Assembly: GCA_964016885.1 (NCBI GenBank)
Contig: OZ024740.1
Coordinates: forward strand, 171,864,001 to 171,928,000
Reading direction: 5' to 3'
DNA from: Eledone cirrhosa
Lineage: Eukaryota
DNA: 64,000 nt
The position numbers were made by a program, and so were the translations under genes. The notes beneath the pieces were generated by a model. It saw nothing but the letters and a program-made list of their open reading frames with translations, had not been told where the DNA came from and ran no database searches. How positions within the stretch are numbered: the first letter of the stretch is position 1; each line of letters starts with the position of its first letter. Below are positions 55,339-64,000 of this stretch, piece after piece.

Positions 55339-55945
55339 TTTTAATATATATATTTTTATGTGTATTTGGTGTATACATTCGTATGCGTGCGGATATAAGC
55401 GTTGCGTGGGTTCTGTATGTGCGTGCGGGTTTTGATTTTCGTGTACGTGCGTGTATTTGTATACCTATGGCGAGTGTTTTCGCGTATGCTTGTGTATGTA
55501 CGCATATGGATGCGTGTATGTATTTATTTAATTTCAATTCTCCCTGTATTTTATTAATTTATTCTTAACTCTGAAGCCGAGAATCATTCGGTTTCCTAGT
55601 TAAAATTTTAATCTACGACTTCAGTTATACCATTTACGTGGTTTTGTCTTTGCAATTGTTCTCCCCGCTCCACATATGACGTATTATCTTCGTTTTTTCC
55701 GTTCATTGCCAGAGAACGTCTCTATGAACCACCTAAGAGAATATTAGTCTACGACTTCTTTTATACCATAAACATGGTTTTGTCTTTGCGTGTAATTGTT
55801 TTTCACCGCTCCAAATAATGACGTATTATATTCGTTTTTTCCCGTTCTTTGACAGGGAACGTTTCCACGAACCAATGTATCATCTTCCTGTCTTCTTCCG
55901 GTTGCAACGTTTTTTGAAATATTCACTTCTGCGTTTACAGATTGA
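53250..55945. repeat. ~135-200-bp repeat units flanking the PLE fragment (53250-53460, 55610-55740, 55740-55945)
   Basis: Shared tct(a)acgact...tgtctttgc...cgctcca...gacgtattat. Confidence 0.7.
54052..54906 (+). pseudogene. Naiad-type PLE C-terminal fragment (thumb linker + GIY-YIG endonuclease)
   Basis: RLSRLSTNE, IIWYNPPY, KISYSTTPN, CPLSGKC, IVYKC...YIELTANRFKQR, CDFC, ILNKKSE. Confidence 0.88.
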
Positions 55946-56109
55946 CTTTGTTAGTTTCAGAAGATCCGTTAAGGGTGAAAGCAGCGATTCTTTGCTTAAA
56001 CTTTAATCTGTTATTTTAATAAATATTTGCTCTACGGTTCTTATATATTTGATATATATTTATCCTTATCGAGCCCTCTTTGGATTTTAGTCTTCAAATT
56101 TATTATTAT

Positions 56110-56154
<45 letters not shown>

Positions 56155-56260
56155 ACTCCAGTTGCATTTTCGATTTCATCTTTTTTTCTTTATACTTTCA
56201 CTCGTGTAGGACACCTCGGTTATTTTTCATTTTGTAAAAAAACCTCACTTCCTAATATAT

Positions 56261-56338
<78 letters not shown>

Positions 56339-56944
56339 GGTCTGTGTGGCTGGGGGGAGGAAATTAAGAACATATCTAACGTTTCGATCATAAGTTTCAA
56401 TTCAGGATTCTATAATTACATTCTCTGCTCTTTCTTTGTAAAATATATGGACATGAGGAAATTTATTTCCACATTCTTTGAATCCAGTAACTATTTCAGA
56501 ACCGAAAATGTCTAAATTGATAGAATCACGCCAAGTATTATTTGACCTGTTAAAAGTGAACCGGTGAGAAGATGACCAAGATACTTAAATCTTAGTCCTC
56601 TATACTATAAGTAATGTTATGTAATATGAGGTGACCATCAACTCACTTAATCCGATATAGTGTAATCTAGGATTGTGCGTATTTAACTCTTGGTGGAGTT
56701 ATTGGGGCGCCATAATGACATACGGCGTTTCTTGGCCATTTTAAACATGGCGGAGCCAAACCCCTTTACAGGTTCAAACACAGCCGATTTCTTCAAGAGA
56801 GAGTGATTGGGAGAAAGTAAGAAAGAGATATAGAAGATGACTCAACCACAGTACTGAACTGGTACTTTATTTATCAAGCTCGAAAGTATGAAAGGAAACG
56901 TTGATTTTGGTGGGATTTAAACTCAGAAACCATTCCATCCGATG

Positions 56945-56995
<51 letters not shown>

Positions 56996-57643
56996 ACTTC
57001 GACAGAATTACAAAACAGTGTTGCGTAGAACCCGTACGTATCGTAGGAGATAGGGAAAAGAGACTAGCAAGTTGAAAAATTGAGAAGTGAAAACTGCAAA
57101 ATTTGACTTTGGGACTATCTGTAAAAAGACTGTTGTATTGCGTGAAACAGCCCCAAGTCTTTTTACAGACAGTCCCCAAGTCAAATATTTCAGTTTTCAC
57201 TTCCCAATTTTTGAACTTGCTACTCTCTTTTCCCTATATTCTACGATATGTATGGGTTCTACGTAACACTGTTTTGTAATTCTGTGGAATTAGCCGATGA
57301 GACTGTCCTGTCTTGAATCATAAATGGATGATGGAGCATGGCCATTGAAATATGTATAATGATTTCACGGAATTAAAATATCTTCCAGTCCAGGTTCAGG
57401 TTGTCGTTTTAAATATATATATAACAAATTATAAAATAGTTTTCTTAAATCATTTAACACCCTTACAAATGTTTTATTTCTAATAAATTAACTGATACTT
57501 ATATTATAATAATAGAGCAAAAAAGGGGGTGGAATATATTGAATACAGCAAAGTATCATCATGGAGAATCGTTTTCCACTCGTTAGTGAACATGGATAGA
57601 CAGGAATTGTGTGAAAGCACATCGGCTGAACCGCACGTAATAA

Positions 57644-58068
57644 TAATGGTTTCTGATTTAGGTACAAGGCCAGCAATTTTGTGGGAGGGGAAAGTCCATT
57701 AAATCAACCCTTTATTTTATCGACCCCGTAGGGATGAAAGACAAAGCTAATCTTAGCGGGATTAGAACTCAGAACGTAAAGGGCCGTAATTCTATGCATC
57801 CAAGCATGTTGTCCGACGCTCTACCGGACCTGCCAATCCACTGCCGTAATAATGATTTCTAATATAGGCACAAGGCCAGCAATCTTGGAGGAAGGGAAAG
57901 TTGATTAAATCAACCACAGTGCGTGACAGGTACTTTATTTTATCGACCCCATAAGGATGAAAGGCAAAGCTAACCTTGGTAGGATTTTAACTCAGAACGT
58001 AAAGAGCTGTAACTCTATGCCGTGAAGCAGGGTGTCCGACGCTCTACTGATACTGCCAATCCCCCGCC
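57644..58068 (-). mobile_element. Tandem pair of tRNA-derived SINEs
   Basis: Two colinear copies on -. Confidence 0.8.
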
Positions 58069-58598
58069 CTAAACGCGCGTAATAATAATAATCAGCACTG
58101 TCACGTTGATTCAGCAAGGTGACAACTATGTATTACAAATGGAATACTCCACCACTTGTATTACAATTGAATAAATAAGTAGTTCAGCCGATCAAACAAT
58201 TGAAACATTCATCGTGTAAGCTACAGACTTTCAGTGATTCACTTCAAACCTTCAAATGTCACATGAATATATGTATACTCATTGTGTCATCGCCGCCTAG
58301 ATAAGACCGCAGCATTTTCAAAACACATTTGAAAATCGAGATTCAAAATAGTATTCTCAGTATCTCATGGTTGTATTAGATAAGACACAGGTATTTCAGA
58401 ATGAACCAAAGCGATGCAGTATCTGACTTACAAATAAACTGTACAACACCCCCACAATACAACAATCATAAATAAAAGCGAAAATTATTTTCGAGGTGCT
58501 CTGCACTAGGTATACGGCCTAGAGTAATTGTATTTGTTTTGCAAATGGCTGACATAAGCTAGACCGGAGTACTAACCAAACAACCGTGGCTGAGTTAT

Positions 58599-58694
<96 letters not shown>

Positions 58695-59383
58695 ACACAC
58701 ACATACACACACACACGCGCATATATATAAATATACGTATATATTTATGCCCCCCCCCCACACACATATATACACACACACACACACACATATATATACA
58801 ATTTATGTTATGGTGTTTACTAAAGGGTAGAATTGGTTAGTAAATTATAATGCAATAAATTAAAGCATTCGACGTTATGCAAATCATTCATCGTAGGTGT
58901 GGTCCTCCGTGGCTGATACAGGAACGGGGTTAAATATTCATTTAAAGCAACGTAAGTCCGAACTGGAAACTTTTTTCAAAGTTTTAATCCCGCAAAAACA
59001 CTATACATATTTCAATGGCCCAGTTTCATGATCCGACCATGGTGCAAGACTTAGGTGATATCATCAGGTTGTGATTCCAAAGTTTGTTATATAAAACAAT
59101 AACACAAAATTGACAAGCCATCCCCGTACCAAATCTATCCTCTATTCTTTGTTTGTGTTCGCCGTAATCATGTTATCTCATATAACTAATTCTGCAATCA
59201 ACACCTGATGAAATCATCTACGTCTTGCATTATGATCGGATGATGAAAGGTAGTGCTATTGCGGGGTTTAAATTTTAATGGAAGTTTCCAGTCTGGCCTT
59301 CTGTTGTTTTTAAATGAATATATATATATATATATGAATTGAAAAGACTGTTGAACGCTCATACGTCGAATCAACGGGAGAGT

Positions 59384-59545
<162 letters not shown>

Positions 59546-59689
59546 AAGATTGAAGAATAACATGGTGGTCGGCTGTACAACAAGGGGCTTTATTTTAAAT
59601 AAGTATTTGAAATAAAGCCCCTGTTGTACAGCCGACCATGTTATTCTTCAATTTTTAACTATTATTACTCCAAGTATAACCTGCATAGG

Positions 59690-59779
<90 letters not shown>

Positions 59780-60765
59780 TAAAGGTTAATTACTCACTAA
59801 CATCCAAACATCTCAATGAAAGAAATTTCTCAGAGAAGCAATATTATTAAGATTAAATGAGAAACAACTCTAGTTACGGGAAGATAAACAAGATAGACGA
59901 AAAAATTATTCGTCTAAATTCGCTGATATATAGATCTCCATACTATGGTTTCATATGGGGAAGAATTATCATTGGAAATACCAATAATTCGAGAACCGCC
60001 ATAATCTTTAGAGGTGTTAGAATTCTTCAAGTCTAAAGTTTTATTGTTACAAACCACTACATATATATTTCAATGACCTGTTATGTAAGACCTGGGTGAC
60101 ATCATCAGGGGAGGATTGCATGATTAGTTAATCAATAAAAGGAATTATGGCAAACACAAGCAGAGAAGAGAGAAAATATTGATTCAGAGATGGCCTACAA
60201 AATTGATGTTATTATTGCTGTAGACCATCTCCGAAGATGGTCTACAAGCAACAATAACACCGATCAGAGTTACGTTTTACTTAAAGCGTTTCATTCGTGA
60301 TCAAACAGTCTCTTTCCTAGATTCTGAAGCTTTGTACTACATTAACATATTGTGTCCTTCCTTTCTAATGCAAACGGCTGTGAGTTGCCGATGATTTGGC
60401 TGCTATTTATGCTATTGTTGCTACTCCTTTTTTGCGAGACCCGACTCTATGACAAAGGTCACTTGCCCATGAATCGGAATCATCGTGATGCGAAGCAAAT
60501 TTGTTCTCCGCACGTTGCAAAGTAGTTAGAGTGTTGGCCTCATGATCATAAGGTTCGATTCCTGAACCGGGTGATACGTTGATGCAACGCAGCTTTGTAA
60601 AAGGCCAGCTACAGTTCCATAGGCGTGGGATGTAAATTTCATTTGTGTACACTTGCATTCATAAATACGCGCGCGCACATATAGTGAATGTATGGATGTG
60701 TGTGAGCGCGAGCATGTATACCCACCTACACACACGCACGCGCATACGTATGAGTGGAAACAACA

Positions 60766-60835
<70 letters not shown>

Positions 60836-60924
60836 TTTTTACTCCAGTAAACTGTTGAGTGTTCTAAATCAGTTATAAACATTTATATTTGTCGGACTTC
60901 CAACAAATTAAATACCCCTTCTAC

Positions 60925-60965
<41 letters not shown>

Positions 60966-61176
60966 ACATAGAATTGAGAGCATATGGAGAGAGGTAGAGT
61001 GAGAGAGAAAGTGAGAGGGAGAGGGGGGCTGCATAGAGATCATATTGCTGTACTAAAATACGTCACTATAAGAGGACCGGATGATACTCTGCATAATAAA
61101 AATATATAAAATCCTTATATGTTCAATCAGGAAGCTATGACGGCAAACAACAACTTGACGTACGGTTAACTTTCAC

Positions 61177-61208
<32 letters not shown>

Positions 61209-61219
61209 CTCTTTCTCTT

Positions 61220-61251
<32 letters not shown>

Positions 61252-61325
61252 CCTCTCTCTTTCTCTTTCTCTCTCTCTCTTTCTTCCTTTATTTATTTAT
61301 TTATTTATTTATTTCTCTTTCTCTC

Positions 61326-61401
<76 letters not shown>

Positions 61402-61520
61402 TCACACATACACACAAAATCGCCTCCGCTCTCTCTCACTCAGTCACTCAGTATTGTTTACAATGTTATAGTTGCAACAGTATTATTGTTGTTGCCGTGG
61501 TGATTATCATTGTTATGGTC

Positions 61521-61662
61521 ATAATTGTTTCTACTTTAGGCACAAGGCCAGCAAAATACCCAGTGCATTACTGGTACTTTATTTTATCGACTCCGTAAGG
61601 ATGAAAGGCAAAGTCAACCTCGGCGGGATTTGAACTCAGATCATAAAGGGACGTAACTATGC
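61521..61662 (-). mobile_element. tRNA-derived SINE (partial)
   Basis: Same family body on -. Confidence 0.8.
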
Positions 61663-61913
61663 TGAATGTTTGTTAATGCACGTAAAAAAGTTAGATACCG
61701 TTCAGTAATTCTGTTATAATTAAAAATTCACTAAATGACGATAAATAAATAAATAAATAAATAAATAAGTACTTGATTAGATGAATAAATAAAGAAATTT
61801 GACAGGAGGCCGTGTGGAGTAAGGGAGGTAATAAAGTGAAAAGCGAGACATAACTTTTTGCTTTATTTTTTACATTCTTTCGTCTAACAATACTACCTCC
61901 TTTCACCCCCCCC

Positions 61914-61955
<42 letters not shown>

Positions 61956-62090
61956 TGAGTATATGTTGGTAATTTACTGACACCTCAGTATGCAGATTGG
62001 AACACTCGACGAGGTACGCAGGTTGGTTTGTTTACTCCGGAGTAATGTAAAATAAGTAAGTCAAACATGTAAAATTTGGCTTCGTTTATT

Positions 62091-62127
<37 letters not shown>

Positions 62128-62194
62128 GTATATATACATGTATATATATATATATTCATGTGAGAAAAGCCACAGACCCTCCATCCCAACTCTA

Positions 62195-62230
62195 CTTTTG
62201 AAAAGCAGAAGAACTGCGAAACCGGTAAAG
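62195..62230 (+). ncRNA. Minimal hammerhead ribozyme with U3-A8 core
   Basis: ctt-TTGAAAA-gcag aagaa ctgc-GAAA-ccgg-TA-aag: all three stems pair, stem III is the palindrome ACCGGT, GUA cleavage triplet. Confidence 0.75.
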
Positions 62231-62309
62231 GAACCAAATAAATATATATATTTTTTTAAAAAATAAGACTCCAGTTGCATTTTCGATTTCATCTTTTTTT
62301 CTTTATATA

Positions 62310-62397
<88 letters not shown>

Positions 62398-62679
62398 CAG
62401 TTATACTGTATATATATATATATACTGTATATATATGTGTGTATATATATATATATATATTGGTAAACGGAATAGAAAATGCTGACAAATTGTTCACAGT
62501 TGAAAAATGGTTTAATTAGGAATAAAAGAGTATTAGTGATTGTATGGGTTAGTATTCAGTTCTGGTTTTAAGTTTTTAAGTTTTTACCGGTTGCGCATTT
62601 CTAAATGCTTTTCAAAAATAATTTTGAGATAGAGTGTCCGTGCTGTTTGCTCTGATCTGATTAGTTTTGGGAATTCTAC

Positions 62680-62910
62680 CTGTTTTTATGTTAAAAAAGT
62701 GGCTCCAGCGTTATTTTTGTGTTGCAAAAATGCTTGTGGTCAAAACAATTTTGATTGGTCGGTAGAGGTCATGTGAATGTAAAAAGTTGATTTTGCGCCA
62801 AGACTGTTTTTATGTTAAAAAAGTGGCTCCAGCAAAAATTCTTGGTCAAAACAATTTTGATTGGTCGGTAGAGGTCATGTGGATAAAAAATTGGTTTTGC
62901 GCCAAGATTG
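62680..62910. repeat. Two-copy ~123-bp tandem duplication
   Basis: tgtttttatgttaaaaaagtggctccagc...ggtcggtagaggtcatgtg occurs twice. Confidence 0.85.
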
Positions 62911-62944
62911 AGAAATGACTCTTTCACGACAATTATGTGTGTGT

Positions 62945-62988
<44 letters not shown>

Positions 62989-63063
62989 GTGTAGTAGTAG
63001 TAGTAAGGTGTTCGATGCTGCGACAATGGCCATCAGCGATGTGTGTCAAATGGCTATTAAGAT

Positions 63064-63132
<69 letters not shown>

Positions 63133-63304
63133 GCAGAGTAATTCGATGGTCAGTAAGAATGTGTCTGAAAGCAATGGGGGGTATTTTAGCATGTCAAAAG
63201 ATATTTTTCAGTTTTTGTCTTATACGGAGAAGTGCGTGTGTGTGTGTGTGTGTGTGTGTATTAGTCTCTTTGTATGTTGATGTACGCGTGTGTATGTGTT
63301 TGTG

Positions 63305-63345
<41 letters not shown>

Positions 63346-63662
63346 ACCAGTATTGTTTTCCCCCTGGTAAAATGGTGTACATTATTCGATTTTTTTAGTA
63401 AAATCGGTTCTCTTAATAGAACATCAAAAATCTTAACAATAAAAGGTGTGAAATGATATTCACTATATATATATACACATACATATATTCACTACATATA
63501 TATATATATATATACATATATACATACATATATATACACATATATTTTTTTATATTGCACCATAGAGCATGTGTGTTTACGTGTGTCATTGTGTTTATAT
63601 GTGGGTAGAAATGTGTGCTGATGTAGGTATGTATGTTGACGTGTGCATGTTGTGGGTTCGTC

Positions 63663-64000
63663 TTAGGGAGAAGTGTTTAGACGGGGTCCGTATTTGTTAA
63701 TGAAGTAAGATTCCTTGCTGATGCGCTGGGTGTGGGTGGCATTATCTTTAAATTTGTAGAGGGGAAAGATTCTGAAGTTGGGATGATTTTGGGCGGCACA
63801 GGTATCAATGTGTTCACTCAGTGGTATTTTCCTGTATTCCCGTATTTTAATTTGGGATCTATGGACAGTCATGCGTTGGCGGAGGCTGTTTTTGGTCTGG
63901 CCTATGCATTGTTCTCGACAACCTGAGCAAGTTAATACATATATTAGATTTTCCGATGCACATGTGAAATTGTGTTTTACTATAAAACGTTGTCCATCTT
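63663..64000 (-). pseudogene. PLE GIY-YIG endonuclease C-terminus (runs off the window)
   Basis: Minus strand reads LICSGCREQCIGQTKNSLRQRMTVHRSQI...LSEHIDTC...RISKESYFINKYGPRLN. Confidence 0.8.

Overview
AT-rich, microsatellite-saturated animal DNA with no recognisable host gene. The SINE families and the (TA)n/(CA)n density suggest an octopus-like cephalopod (inference). Almost all ORFs in the track are microsatellite artefacts. The real coding remnants all come from mobile elements: several Penelope-like elements (PLE; RT plus GIY-YIG), two mariner derivatives, a Chapaev3-like DNA transposon, L1/Tx1-like and RTE-like LINE ends, plus non-coding Helitron-like elements and tRNA-derived SINEs. 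The main signal is a hammerhead-ribozyme (HHR) system that the ORF track cannot show. (1) A 310-bp unit is repeated about 11.3 times at 40151-43672 (9.3 copies on +, 2 inverted). Each unit carries a type I HHR with a palindromic stem III, the layout of a non-LTR retrozyme. (2) A sister ~321-bp element at 27156-27755 keeps the same RNA scaffold with compensatory base changes and the same 3' junction to (TA)n, but carries a different HHR with a U3-A8 core. (3) About a dozen short fold-back elements sit in (TA)n tracts, most with whole or partial HHRs; two further unrelated HHRs also have U3-A8 cores. All structures were read by eye, and ribozyme activity and expression are untested.
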